Shown: positions 1-9,893 of the stretch, in pieces
Numbering within the stretch: position 1 is the stretch's first letter
Layout of the letters: every line of letters begins with the position of its first letter
DNA from: an uncultured Thermoplasmata archaeon
GTDB lineage: Archaea; Thermoplasmatota; Thermoplasmata; Lutacidiplasmatales; UBA184
DNA length: 64,000 bases
Assembly (NCBI GenBank): GCA_963696985.1
Contig: CAVOMG010000003.1
Span: 257,747 to 321,746, forward strand
Direction of reading: 5' to 3'
Notes under the pieces: generated by a model
Seen by the model: only the letters and a program-made list of their open reading frames with translations
Database searches by the model: none
What the model was told of the DNA's origin: nothing
Position numbers and translations under genes: made by a program

Positions 1-655
1 TCCGCGGGGAGAAGATGTCGAAGTCTCTCGGCAACGTCGTCGGCCTGTCGGACACCATCCGGACGTACGGCCCGATGGTGCTACGCTTCTACTACCTCAA
101 TGCCCACTACCGAAGTCCGCTCGCCTACGTCCCCGGGGAGAGCCTCGAGCAGGCCGGGGAGTCGTACGGGCACCTCGCCGCCCCGTACGAGCGCCTCCAA
201 GCGGCGTTCTCGCGGGCCGGACCCGACCGGCCCGGACGGGAGCTGCCCGGGGAGTTGCTCGCCGCCTCGGGGGCCTCGTCGACCAGCTCGACGAGGTCCT
301 CGCGGCCGACTTCGCCACTCGGGAGGCGATCGCGGCCCTCTTCGGGTGGGCGAAGACCGTGAACGAATGGCTCCCGCACCTCGACTCGCTCTCGGGGGCA
401 TCCCTCGGCGCCCTGGGAGCCCCGTACCGTTGGGGCCGGGAGGTGCTCGGCCTCTTCGAGCTCCCGGCGGAATCGGGAGGTGCGGCGGCCGCCGGGGTCA
501 TCGAGGCCGCGATCGGCGCCCGGACGCGGGCGCGCGAGCGGGGGGATTTCGCGGAAGCCGACCGCATCCGGGGCGATCTCCTGGCCGCCGGCATCGTCCT
601 CGAGGACGATGGGCCCCGAACGCGCTGGAGGGCCACGGGGGGGCCCGGGGCTTGA
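1..655 (+). CDS. cysS: cysteinyl-tRNA synthetase, C-terminal part (5' end outside window); frame broken once
   Basis: Class-I aaRS KMSKS motif (KMSKSLGN) at 12-35. Sense is lost after '...LPGELLAAS'. It resumes in another frame as 'GLVDQLDEVLAADFATREAIAALFGW...' and ends 'DFAEADRIRGDLLAAGIVLEDDGPRTRW' (ORF 359..655). The frames join at the G5 run 269-273. Confidence 0.85.
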   Translation, partial: PRGEDVEVSRQRRRPVGHHPDVRPDGATLLLPQCPLPKSARLRPRGEPRAGRGVVRAPRRPVRAPPSGVLAGRTRPARTGAARGVARRLGGLVDQLDEVLAADFATREAIAALFGWAKTVNEWLPHLDSLSGASLGALGAPYRWGREVLGLFELPAESGGAAAAGVIEAAIGARTRARERGDFAEADRIRGDLLAAGIVLEDDGPRTRWRATGGPGA

Positions 656-1692
656 ACGGCTTCGGGTTCGTCGAGCACGGTGGCATCGAGCGCACGGGGC
701 CGGTCGAGATCCCGACCCCGGAACCGGGGCCGGGGGAAGTACGGATCCGCCTTCGGGCCGCTTCGTTCAACCATCTCGACCTCTTCACGCTCGCCGGCAT
801 TCCCGGCGTGGCGGTCGAGCGTCCCCACGTTCTAGGCTCCGATGGGGCCGGGGTCGTCGATCGCTTGGGCGCCGGGGTGGAAGGAATCCAATCTGGCGAC
901 CGCGTCCTGCTGAACCCGGGGCTTTGGGACGGGAGCTGCGAGGCTTGCCTCCGGGGGGATGAATCGCTGTGCCGGAACTACCGGATCGTCGGCGAGCACA
1001 CCCAGGGGACGGCGACCGAGTTCATCGTGGTCCCCCCTCGCAACGTGCATCCGGCCCCCGAACGTTGGACCTTCGAGCAGGCCGCGGCGGCGCCGCTCGT
1101 CTTTCAGACCGCCTGGCGGGCCCTCCGGACGGTGGGCGCGCTGCGAGCGGGCGAGACGTGCGCGGTCATCGGCGCAGGGGGCGGGGTCTCGACCGCGGCG
1201 ATCCAGATTGCGAAATTGGCCGGGGCCCGCGTGGTGGTCGCCGCCCGGTCGCGCTCGAAGGGCGAGCGGGCGCTCCGCCTCGGGGCCGACGACCTCGTGC
1301 TGTTCGGCGGAGAGGAGCTTCCGCTCGACCGGGCGCTCTGGCAATGGAGCGGGAAACGGGGGGTCGACCTGATCTTCGATTCGGTCGGTCAACCGACGCT
1401 CCCGAGGTCGCTCCAGGCTCTCGCCCGGGGAGGCCGGGTGGTGGCCATTGGAGCCACCGGCGGGCCGAAGGTGGAGATCGACCTTCGCACGGTCTTCTGG
1501 CGTCAGACCTCGCTGCGCGGAAGCACGATGGCCGGAGCGCAGGAGTTCCGCGCGGTGCTCGAGGCGTTGTCGGACGGTCGCCTCTCGCCGGTCATCGATT
1601 CGACCTTCCCGCTTTCGGACGGGACCCGAGCCCTCGCCCGGATGGGCCACCCCGACCTGTTCGGGAAGGTCGTGCTGACGGTGCCCCAATAG
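652..1692 (+). CDS. zinc-type alcohol dehydrogenase / quinone oxidoreductase family (MDR) protein
   Basis: Real part of ORF 100..1692. 'GEVRIRLRAASFNHLD', 'GSDGAGVV', 'GDRVLL', Rossmann 'VIGAGGGVSTAAIQIAKLAGARVV', C-terminal 'GKVVLTV'. TTG 652 overlaps the cysS stop (TTGA). The upstream 180 aa of the ORF are Arg/Pro/Gly off-frame junk. Confidence 0.8.
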   Translation: MNGFGFVEHGGIERTGPVEIPTPEPGPGEVRIRLRAASFNHLDLFTLAGIPGVAVERPHVLGSDGAGVVDRLGAGVEGIQSGDRVLLNPGLWDGSCEACLRGDESLCRNYRIVGEHTQGTATEFIVVPPRNVHPAPERWTFEQAAAAPLVFQTAWRALRTVGALRAGETCAVIGAGGGVSTAAIQIAKLAGARVVVAARSRSKGERALRLGADDLVLFGGEELPLDRALWQWSGKRGVDLIFDSVGQPTLPRSLQALARGGRVVAIGATGGPKVEIDLRTVFWRQTSLRGSTMAGAQEFRAVLEALSDGRLSPVIDSTFPLSDGTRALARMGHPDLFGKVVLTVPQ

Positions 1693-1877
1693 CCAGGATC
1701 GGTCGGACCCGGGTCGAGCCACTCTACTTCTGGGCGGAAAGGATCGCAGGAGCTGGCGAAGCTCACCACGCGCCTGAAAGTTGGAAGGTGCTCGACCATC
1801 AGGGGGGAAAGCGGGGTCCGGGAGGAATCCGGCGCGCCCACACGCCAGCAGTCAATACAATGTGAACTGCTACATCA

Positions 1878-1885
1878 TTTTTATA
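1878..1885 (+). promoter_or_regulatory. TATA box (TTTTTATA) about 27 nt upstream of the GTG 1909 start; implies a leaderless transcript
   Basis: Only AT-rich octamer in a GC-rich intergenic region. The spacing is typical of archaeal TATA-to-TSS distance. Confidence 0.5.
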
Positions 1886-1908
1886 CCGGGACCACACCAT
1901 TTGCGAGC

Positions 1909-4900
1909 GTGAACAGCCCACGCGGCACCGTCCGGACCGCCCGGAGGAACGTTCGCCGGACCGATCGACCCGCCCACCTTCTGATGCTCGGCGCCCTGAT
2001 GCTCCTCACCGTGCTCGGAGCCTGGGGCGCGCTCGGGGGCTCGCCGAGCTCCGCCTCGGCTCACGCGGCCCCGGTCGCCCCGGCCTCGGCCCACGCCACC
2101 TCGGTCCTGCCGCGACCGTCCGCGACCCAATATGGAGGCGACCTGACCGTCCTTTCCGGAACCAACCTGACGATTGGATCGACCCACGGCAACCTGACCT
2201 ATTACGAAGGGGGCAACATCACGGTCCAGTCGGGGGCCACCCTGACGATCCAGAACACGACCCTCGTGTTCGTGGAGTTCGTCGGGAACTCCGGCTCCGT
2301 GGCCGATCAGCTTGCTCACATCTTCCACCTGAGCGTGGCCGGCACGATGGTGCTCTCGAACTCCTCGATCACCACCTTCGTCAACCAGCTCGACCCCTAC
2401 CCGATCCTCACGGTTACGATCACCGGGAGCCTCCAGATGACCGACGGCGCCCTCGCGTTCCCGGGATCGATCAGCGTGAACGGAAGTTCCGCCCAGCTCT
2501 GGCTGTCCCAGAGCATCGTGGAGCGAAACCCGAACATCGGAGAGATACCGGTCAACTCCTCCTCCAACGCCACCGTCTCCGTGGCCCCCGAGTTCATCGC
2601 CGCGGTCGACTACGCGCCGACCATCTCCGTCGTCGGTGGGGCCCAGGCGACGTTCCTCGGCTCCGAGCTCAACAACACGTTCCAGGACGCCCTCAACGGA
2701 ACGATCCTGCCCGGGATCCAGCCGAGCGTCGCTTCGCCGACGCCGGCGAACGCCGTCCTCGGGGCCACCGCGCCCGCGCCCCTGAGACTCCCGGCCCCCT
2801 CGAGCGCCGCCGATGCGCTCGCCCTTGCGGCCACCTACCCGACCGTCGTCTCGGGCACCGTCTCGATAGTGTACAACGCCACCGCGGCTTCATCCTCGTC
2901 GAACTCGCAGTTCGATATCGCGCCGTCGAGCTGGAACCTGCCCACGATCAACTTCGCCGCGACCTCTCTCGCTACGGTCCGGGTCGCGCTCCCGGGAGCG
3001 GCCATCACGAGCATCAATAACGCCGGCGTGCCGAGCTACCTCGCCGCGCTCGCGGCCGGCCAGGTCTCCGTCGCGTTCGGCACGGCGACCACCCCCGTGA
3101 CGATCCACTCGGTGAACGTCACGTTCGTGGCGCCTTGGAGCTTCAACCTCACCGTCTCCGGCGCCGGAAGCACCCTGACGGCCGCCGACACCTCCTTCGA
3201 CATGAACTGGAACGCGACGCCGGGGATCTCCGGAGCTCCTCCGTACGTCCCGTGGGGGTCGAACAAGGTCGTCCTTTCCGGAGGCGCCCGCGCTTTCCTC
3301 GCGAACGTTTCGATCCCGGAACCCCTCCCGCTCGATTACCAACACCAGTCCTTCGTCGTACCCGACCCCGCGAGCTCCGCAGCGTTCTACCGGTGGCTCG
3401 ACGTCCCGGTGCGCGGCGCCGGCGGGATCATCGTGCAGGGCGCCTCCGTCCAGGCCGAGTACGCTTACTCCGGGGCCACGAGCGAGAACGCGACCGTCAC
3501 GGCCCTCAACGCATTCGCCACGGCCGACCCCGCCCTGGCGCAGTATCTCGCCCAGTGGGACGCGTCCGAGGGGATCGCGACGTACGGCGAGGTCGACGCC
3601 CAGGGCAACGCGACGCTCCTCGTGGCGAGCGGCGAGGTCACGAGCGTCACCCTCCCCGACGGCAACTTCCTCGGGGACTACCACGTTGGGGTCACCGCGA
3701 ATCCCGGCAGCGTCGCCGTCACCCAGTGGTTCTACGCCTCCGTTCCGGCCTACCCCTACGATCTGCAACCGACCGGGGCCAACGCGACGGCGCCCACCTC
3801 GACCGCGATCGTGAGCTTCCCGCAGTATCGCGTCTCGGTGAGCGCCGGATCGCCTACCTTCGCGCTCACCGGGGTCCAGGTCACCAACAATTCGACCGCC
3901 GTCGGCCAGCCGTTGACCATTAAGGAGTCGGTCCAGAATACCGGCACGGGGACCGCCTCGACATACTCGGCGACGCTCCTCTTGTCGACCCCGAGCCGCG
4001 CGGTGGTCCAGATCGGGCCGACCCAAACGTTCACGAGCCTCGGCCCGGGGGCGTCCCGAACGATCGATTTCAACTGGACCGTCAATGGGACGCTCGTCGG
4101 CTACCAAGCGAATGGGGTGTTCACCACGTTCACTGTGGAGATCACCTGGAACCCCGGCGCCGGTTCCGCCAACGCTTCGCGGAGCCTCACGATCTTCCCG
4201 CCGTACATCTCGTTCAGCCTCCAGAGCCCCTCCGGGACGCTCACGATCGGCGACAGCTACCTGGTCCACGTCTTCCTCGGCTATGCCGGGAACGGGACCG
4301 CGGTCCTCAACATCCTGGCCCGGGACACCGCCGGGGACGCGATCAGCATCGCCGCGCAGCGCGCGATCTCCCCGGGCGAGACCAACCTGAGCCTCCTCCT
4401 CGATGCGCCGGTCATGCCGGGCACCTACTCGATCACCGCCTCGGTTGTCCACGATAATCGGACCGCCTTCTTCAACGTCTCGAAGGCGTTCATCGTCCCG
4501 TCGGCGACGCCCCCGAGCCCGACGCCGTGGTACGAGCAGACCTTCGCCGGGCTCCCGCTCTGGATCTGGATCGTGATCGCGGCCGCCATCGCGGCCGGCG
4601 TCGGCCTCTTCCTGTGGGTCTCCGTCCAGAAGGCGAAGGGCAAGGTCGTCGAGTGCGGCGAGTGCGGGGCGATGATCCCCGAGACCGCCGTCGCCTGTCC
4701 GGAGTGCGGCGCCGAGTTCGAATCGGACCGGGTCCGGTGCAGTCGCTGCGGTTCGACGATCCCCGGCAACTCGGCGATCTGTCCGGAGTGCGCCGCGACC
4801 CTCCTCGGCCGTGCGGGCGAGGAGAAGGACGACCCCGAGCGCCAGGGGTACACGGACTTCGTGGAGCGGTTCCGCGTCGAGGGCCGCAAGGCGCTCGGCG

Positions 4901-5262
4901 ACAGCTATTCGGAGAGCGCGTTCTGGGACTGGTGGAAGCGCCAGTCGACCTACGTGCCGTTCGGACAGTGGAAGATGCAACAGGCCCAGGGTTCCCGGGC
5001 CGGCATGAGCGCGCCGCGCGAGAGCTCGGCGCCGGCCGCGCCCCCGACGACCCCGCGGCCCCCGAGCCGGCCGCCCCCTCCTGCGACCTCGCCGCCCCCC
5101 ACGGCCAAGCCCCCGGCCACCCCGACCGGAACGGCTGCGACGTCCACGGGAGCGGAAGCGGAGAGTGCCTCCCCGGCCGGGATGATCACCTGCAGCAACT
5201 GCCACAAGGAGATCCCCGCGGGCTACCTCGTCTGTCCGTTCTGCGGAGCGGTGACCCAGTAA
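1909..5262 (+). CDS. large surface glycoprotein candidate: signal/anchor, beta-helix-like and CARDB-like extracellular region, one TM, cytoplasmic tail with three zinc ribbons
   Basis: N-terminal hydrophobic 'LLMLGALMLLTVLGAWGAL'. More than 20 N-x-S/T sequons by eye. Repeats such as 'LTVLSGTNLTIGSTHGNLTYYEGGNITVQSGATLTIQNTTLVF'. TM 'LPLWIWIVIAAAIAAGVGLFLWVSV'. Then 'CGECGAMIPETAVACPECGAEF', 'CSRCGSTIPGNSAICPECAA', a Pro-rich linker and terminal 'CSNCHKEIPAGYLVCPFCGA'. Confidence 0.75.
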   Translation: MNSPRGTVRTARRNVRRTDRPAHLLMLGALMLLTVLGAWGALGGSPSSASAHAAPVAPASAHATSVLPRPSATQYGGDLTVLSGTNLTIGSTHGNLTYYEGGNITVQSGATLTIQNTTLVFVEFVGNSGSVADQLAHIFHLSVAGTMVLSNSSITTFVNQLDPYPILTVTITGSLQMTDGALAFPGSISVNGSSAQLWLSQSIVERNPNIGEIPVNSSSNATVSVAPEFIAAVDYAPTISVVGGAQATFLGSELNNTFQDALNGTILPGIQPSVASPTPANAVLGATAPAPLRLPAPSSAADALALAATYPTVVSGTVSIVYNATAASSSSNSQFDIAPSSWNLPTINFAATSLATVRVALPGAAITSINNAGVPSYLAALAAGQVSVAFGTATTPVTIHSVNVTFVAPWSFNLTVSGAGSTLTAADTSFDMNWNATPGISGAPPYVPWGSNKVVLSGGARAFLANVSIPEPLPLDYQHQSFVVPDPASSAAFYRWLDVPVRGAGGIIVQGASVQAEYAYSGATSENATVTALNAFATADPALAQYLAQWDASEGIATYGEVDAQGNATLLVASGEVTSVTLPDGNFLGDYHVGVTANPGSVAVTQWFYASVPAYPYDLQPTGANATAPTSTAIVSFPQYRVSVSAGSPTFALTGVQVTNNSTAVGQPLTIKESVQNTGTGTASTYSATLLLSTPSRAVVQIGPTQTFTSLGPGASRTIDFNWTVNGTLVGYQANGVFTTFTVEITWNPGAGSANASRSLTIFPPYISFSLQSPSGTLTIGDSYLVHVFLGYAGNGTAVLNILARDTAGDAISIAAQRAISPGETNLSLLLDAPVMPGTYSITASVVHDNRTAFFNVSKAFIVPSATPPSPTPWYEQTFAGLPLWIWIVIAAAIAAGVGLFLWVSVQKAKGKVVECGECGAMIPETAVACPECGAEFESDRVRCSRCGSTIPGNSAICPECAATLLGRAGEEKDDPERQGYTDFVERFRVEGRKALGDSYSESAFWDWWKRQSTYVPFGQWKMQQAQGSRAGMSAPRESSAPAAPPTTPRPPSRPPPPATSPPPTAKPPATPTGTAATSTGAEAESASPAGMITCSNCHKEIPAGYLVCPFCGAVTQ

Positions 5263-5320
5263 TCGCCCTCGGCCCGAACCGCTTTAACCCAGGCCGCTCC
5301 ATCGGCGCCCCGGCGGTCTG

Positions 5321-6553
5321 ATGGTCGGCGACGTCTCGGTGGGGCGGCTCAAGGTCGACTGGGCCCGTACCCACATGCCGGTCCTCGAGGGGATCCAGCG
5401 AAGGTTCGAGTCCGAGCGGCCGTTCGCCGGCCTGACGCTTTCCGCGGTCCTGCACGTCGAGGCGAAGACCGCCGTGCTCGCCCTCGCGCTCAAGGCCGGC
5501 GGGGCCAAGGTCCATCTCGCGGCGGGGAACCCGCTCTCGACCGACGACGACGCCGTCGCGGCGCTCGTCTCGGAGGGGATCGACACGCACGCCCGCAAGG
5601 GCGAGTCGGTCTCGGAGTACCGGGCCGGGGTCCGGGCGATGCTCGACGCCGGCCCCGAGGTCATCATCGACGATGGGGCCGACCTCGTCGCCCTCGCCCA
5701 CACCGAGCTCCCGGACCGGGGGGCGATCCGCGGGTCGACCGAGGAGACGACCACCGGCGTGACCCGGCTAAGGGCCCTCGAGCGCTCGGGGAAGCTCCGC
5801 TTCCCCGCCATCGACGTGAACGACGCCCAGATGAAGCACCTCTTCGACAACCGCTACGGGTGCGGGCAGTCGGTCCTCGATGGCCTCTTCGGCGCGACGA
5901 ACCTCCTCATCGCCGGCCGGGTCGCGGTGGTCGCCGGCTACGGTTGGTCCGGGCAGGGGATCGCCTCCCGGCTCCGCGGCCTGGGGGCCGAGGTGATCGT
6001 CACGGAGATCGACCCCGTCCGGGCGCTCGAGGCCCGGCTCGAGGGTTTCCAGGTCCGTACGATGCTCGACGCCGCCCGGGTCGCCGACCTCATCGTCACG
6101 GTCACGGGGAACCGCGACGTCGTCCGGGAGGAGCACCTGCGCGTTCTGAAGGACGGCTGCCTGCTCGCGAACGCCGGCCACTTCGACGTCGAGATCTCGA
6201 AGCCGGACCTCGAGGGGCTCGCCGTCGACCACCGGCGCGTCCGCCCCCAGGTCGAGGAGTACCGCTTCGCGGACGGGCGCCGCGCCTACCTGATCGCGGA
6301 GGGCCGTCTCGTGAACCTGGCCTCGGGCCAGGGTCACCCCGTGGAGATCATGGACCTGAGCTTCGCCCTGCAGGCGCTCTCCGCCGAGCGGATCGCCCTC
6401 GAGGGCCGGAAGCTCCCCATCCAGGTCCTCCCCGTGCCGCCCGAGATCGACCTCGCCGTCGCCCGGGCCGCGCTTTCCCCGCTCGGCGCCGAGGTCGACG
6501 AGCCGACTGACGCGCAACGTAAGTATGCCCAGAGCTGGGAAGGGGGCACATGA
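5321..6553 (+). CDS. ahcY: adenosylhomocysteinase (S-adenosyl-L-homocysteine hydrolase)
   Basis: 'VDWARTHMPVL', 'LHVEAKTAVLALAL', 'IIDDGADL', 'EETTTGV', 'AIDVNDAQMKHLFDNRYGCGQS', NAD site 'VVAGYGWSGQGIA', 'GHFDVEI'. Confidence 0.93.
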   Translation: MVGDVSVGRLKVDWARTHMPVLEGIQRRFESERPFAGLTLSAVLHVEAKTAVLALALKAGGAKVHLAAGNPLSTDDDAVAALVSEGIDTHARKGESVSEYRAGVRAMLDAGPEVIIDDGADLVALAHTELPDRGAIRGSTEETTTGVTRLRALERSGKLRFPAIDVNDAQMKHLFDNRYGCGQSVLDGLFGATNLLIAGRVAVVAGYGWSGQGIASRLRGLGAEVIVTEIDPVRALEARLEGFQVRTMLDAARVADLIVTVTGNRDVVREEHLRVLKDGCLLANAGHFDVEISKPDLEGLAVDHRRVRPQVEEYRFADGRRAYLIAEGRLVNLASGQGHPVEIMDLSFALQALSAERIALEGRKLPIQVLPVPPEIDLAVARAALSPLGAEVDEPTDAQRKYAQSWEGGT

Positions 6554-6928
6554 CGACCCCGGCCGACCGTCGGTACACGAAGAGCCACGAGTGGATCCGG
6601 GAGGAGTCGGGCGAACTCGTGGTGGGGATCACCGACCACGCCCAGTCGGAGCTCACCGACATCGTCTTCGTCGACCTTCCGAAGTCCGGGCGCGCCGTGA
6701 AGCGGGGCGAGTCGGTCCTCGTCCTCGAATCGGTGAAGACCGTCGCGGACGTCTACGCCCCCGCCGACGGGACGGTCTCCGGGGCCAACTCCGCGCTCCA
6801 GGCGACGCCGGGGCTCGATCAACCAGGACCCGTATGGAAAAGGCTGGATCTACCGGCTCAAACCCTCCTCACCGTTCGACGCTTCCGCCCTCTTGACGAA
6901 CGAGGCGTACGACGCCTCCGTCGGCTAG
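6550..6928 (+). CDS. gcvH: glycine cleavage system H protein; frame broken once
   Basis: 'YTKSHEWIR...VVGITDHAQSELTDIVFVDLP' and the lipoyl-Lys motif 'ESVKTVADVYAP'. After about 6817 the listed ORF turns to junk. The +1 frame reads 'INQDPYGKGWIYRLKPSSPFDASALLTNEAYDASVG*', the canonical GcvH C-terminus, with stop at 6926-6928. ATG overlaps the ahcY stop (ATGA). Confidence 0.88.
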
Positions 6929-6981
6929 AACTCTCCGAGATCCACGGTCTCGACCCGGTCAGGGGTCGGGGCCGGCGCGCG

Positions 6982-8890
6982 CTACCGACCTTCGAACTTC
7001 GCCGTCCGGCGCTCTAGGAAGGCTCGCATCCCTTCCGTCCGGTCCGCCGTCGCGAACGTATGGCCCGCGGACTCCCCTTCGAGGCGGAGCGCGGCGTCGA
7101 GCGAGGCGTCCGCCCCGCGGTTGATGACGGACTTCGCCCAGGCGAGCGCGAGCGGGGCCCGGGAGGCGATCGTCGAGGCGAGGGCCTGGACCTCGTCCCG
7201 GCCCGACTCCGGGGGCACCGTCCGGGCGACGAACCCGATCCGAAACGCCTCCTCCGAGGCGACCGGTTCCGCCGAGAAGATGAGGAGCTTGGTGCGCGCC
7301 CGGCCGATGAGCCGGGTGAGGCGGCTCGCGCCCCCGAACCCAGTGTGGATCCCGACGGTCGCTTCCGGGAGGCCGAGTCGGGCTCCCTCGGCCGCCACGA
7401 TGAAGTCGCAGGCGAGGGCGATCTCGAGCCCGCCGCCGAGGGCGTACCCCTCGACGAAGGCGATGACGGGCGCGCGGAACTCCTCGATCGTCCGGCAGAC
7501 GGCCTGCCCCTCGAAGCCGAACGCCCGGCCTTCGGCGAGGTCCTTCTCGGCCATCTCGGCGATGTCGGCCCCGGCGGCGAAGACCGGCGAGGAACCGGCC
7601 ACCACCACGCACCGGACGCTCGGGTCCCGGGCGAGGCGTTCGAAGGCACCGCCGAGGTCGGCGAGGACGCGGGAGTTGAGCGAGTTGAGGACCTCCGGGC
7701 GGTCGAGAAGCACCCAGTCCACCGCCCCCTGGCGCTCCGTGCGCACGTAGGAGAGGGGCCAGGAAGGCTCGCCCAGCCGTGCCCGCTCCGTGAGGGCGCG
7801 CGCGATGGGGAACGCCTCCCCCCAGGGCGCGGCGTACTGGGTCACCAACCGGTGCGCCTCGGGGATCCCGACCGAATTCAAGAGTTCGAACGGGCCCTTC
7901 GCCCACCGGAGACCGACGGTCGCCCCCCGATCGGTCGCCTCCGCCGAGGCGACCCCATCCTCGACGAGCTCCGTGGTGATGCCGAACACGAGGCCGAGGA
8001 GGCGCTCCCGCACCGCGCCCTTCCGATCGGGCTCCACGGTCGTCTCCTTCCACGCCCACGGCTTCCCCGAATGGAACTGGGATTCGAGGAGGGTCGATGG
8101 GGCGTACGCCCGCCCAAACGCGGCGGCGAGCGAGGACTCCGAGTGGAAGGCGATCGGGATCCCGGTGACGTTCATCAGCTCGAACGGGCCGAGCGTCGCC
8201 CCGAACGTCTCACGGCCGACCTCCTCGATCGTGGCGAGGCTCGCGATCCGTTCTTCCGCGAGCCGGGTCGACTCGTTGAGGTAGGGAACGAAGTAGCGGT
8301 TCACGGCGAAGCCGGCGGCGTCCCGGACCCGGATCGGGACCTTCTTCAATCGGTACCCGAACTTTTCGAGCGCGTCGAGCGTCGACGGTTCGGTCGAGGG
8401 CCCGCCGATCACCTCGAGGAGCTTGTTCACCGCGGCGGGGAAGAAGAAGTGGAGTCCGGCGAATCGGCCCGGTCGGGGGAACCCTTCCGAAAGCCCGGCG
8501 ACCGAGAGGCTCGAGGTGTTCGTCGCCACGATCGCTTCCGGATCGGCGAGCGCGCCGACCTCCTCGAAGAGGGTCCGCTTGATCTTCTCCTCCTCGAAGA
8601 CGGCCTCCACGATGAGCCCGGCGCCCCGGACCGCCTCGCCGACGTCCTTGGTCCAGCTCGATGCGGGCGAGGATCTCGTCCCGCTGCTTCGGCGTGAGCT
8701 TCTTCCGCTGGATCCCCCCTTCGAGGGTCTTGGTCAAGAGGGAGCGCCCCCGCTCGAGGCTCGCCTCGTCGACGTCGCGGACCCGGACCGGGAACCCGGC
8801 TCGGGCGCAGGCTTGGGCGATTCCACTGCCCATGTTGCCGCCGCCCAGCACGGCGACGGGGCGTTCTGGAGTGAGCTTGACCGGGGACAT
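6982..8890 (-). CDS. bifunctional 3-hydroxyacyl-CoA dehydrogenase (N-terminal) / enoyl-CoA hydratase (C-terminal); frame broken once
   Basis: ORF 8210..8890 begins 'VAVLGGGNMGSGIAQACARAGFPVRVRD' (Rossmann) and loses sense after 'DEILARIEL'. ORF 6982..8610 continues 'EAVFEEEKIKRTLFEEV...ATNTSSLS...HFFFPA' and ends in a crotonase fold 'VVVAGSSPVFAAGADI...GYALGGGLEIALACD'. Junction at about 8646-8654. Confidence 0.85.
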
Positions 8891-9049
8891 CCTCGACGAC
8901 CGATCCGGCGGCGCGAGAGGGGGGCGGGTTAAAAGGCGTATCGACGCGATGGGGGATCGCGGGTGCGCCGGGTCGGCCGGCGGTGCCCGGCCGGGGACCC
9001 AACACCGTTATGGGCCGTCCCGCCGGGTCGGGCCGAGGAGCGCCGCGCG

Positions 9050-9893
9050 GTGGACGATTTCGCTGCCGAACGGGTGCTCGCCTCGGAGCGGAGCTTCGTC
9101 CTCGCCCTCGGGGGGTTCTCCCTCGAGGTCACCGGCGCGAGCCTCGTGACCCACGAGCGGATGTTAGCGCCCCTCCTCAACTACGTCGCGGTCGGTCCGG
9201 TCGGCCCGGAGCGCCAGGCCGCGTTCTTCGAGCGGGCCCTCGACCATTACTTCCAGCGGGCGCTACGCCCGCGTTTCCTCACCGACCGCCCCTGCCCCGC
9301 CCACCTCGATGCGGGGCTGCGGGCCTTCGGGTTCCGGCCCGAGGAGGAGCCGGTGACGCTCCTCGAGGCCGAGCGGCCGGGGGCCCAGCCCCCGGCCCCG
9401 TCATCGTTCGAGGTCGTTCGGGTCGGACCGGGGGAGCTGGCCCGGATCGTGCCGTTCTGGGCGTCCGAGCGGGAGCAGGACGAACTCGCCCGTTCCATGG
9501 AAGTCCTCGCGCACCACCCGAACCCGGGCGAGCGGTTCGTCCCGCTCGTGGCGGTGCGCGATGGGAAGGATGTGGCGACGGCGATCCTCTTCTCGGACGG
9601 TCGGACCGCGGGACTGCACGGCGTCGGCACCCGGCCCTCGGACCGCGGCCAAGGCGCCGCGAGCGCGCTGGTCGCCCACGCCCTCCATCGGGAGTTCCCT
9701 CCCGGGGTGGACCGGATCGGGATGCTCGTCCGGCACCCCCGGATCTCGGCGCGCCTCGAGCGGCTCGGGTTCCGGACCGTCGGCATGCGCACGGAGTACG
9801 TGCTCCCGGCCCAGGTGGAGTCTCCATTTCCCGCCCCCCGGCCCCCCGACCGGGCCGCGGTGGCGACCCCCCCGATCGCCGGGGAAGGGCTAG
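9050..9893 (+). CDS. GNAT-family N-acetyltransferase-like protein; both ends uncertain
   Basis: First part of ORF 8963..11836: '...VATAILFSDGRTAGLHGVGTRPSDRGQGAASALVAHAL...LERLGFRTVG', an acetyl-CoA-binding R/Q-x-x-G-x-G/A-like motif. There is no in-frame stop. The C6-C7 runs at 9830-9870 suggest an indel that would bring TAG 9891-9893 into frame. GTG 9050 or GTG 8963 are possible starts. Confidence 0.55.

Noticed and set aside
100-651. N-terminal 184 aa of ORF 100..1692, which would make a 530-aa dehydrogenase
   Set aside because: This part overlaps cysS out of frame and is Arg/Pro/Gly junk. The MDR fold begins at TTG 652, right at the cysS stop.
2890-5205. 771-aa minus-strand ORF opposite the large surface-protein gene
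   Set aside because: Extreme Arg/Gly/Asp/Pro composition with no motifs. The plus-strand gene has the signal peptide, TM helix, sequons and zinc ribbons.
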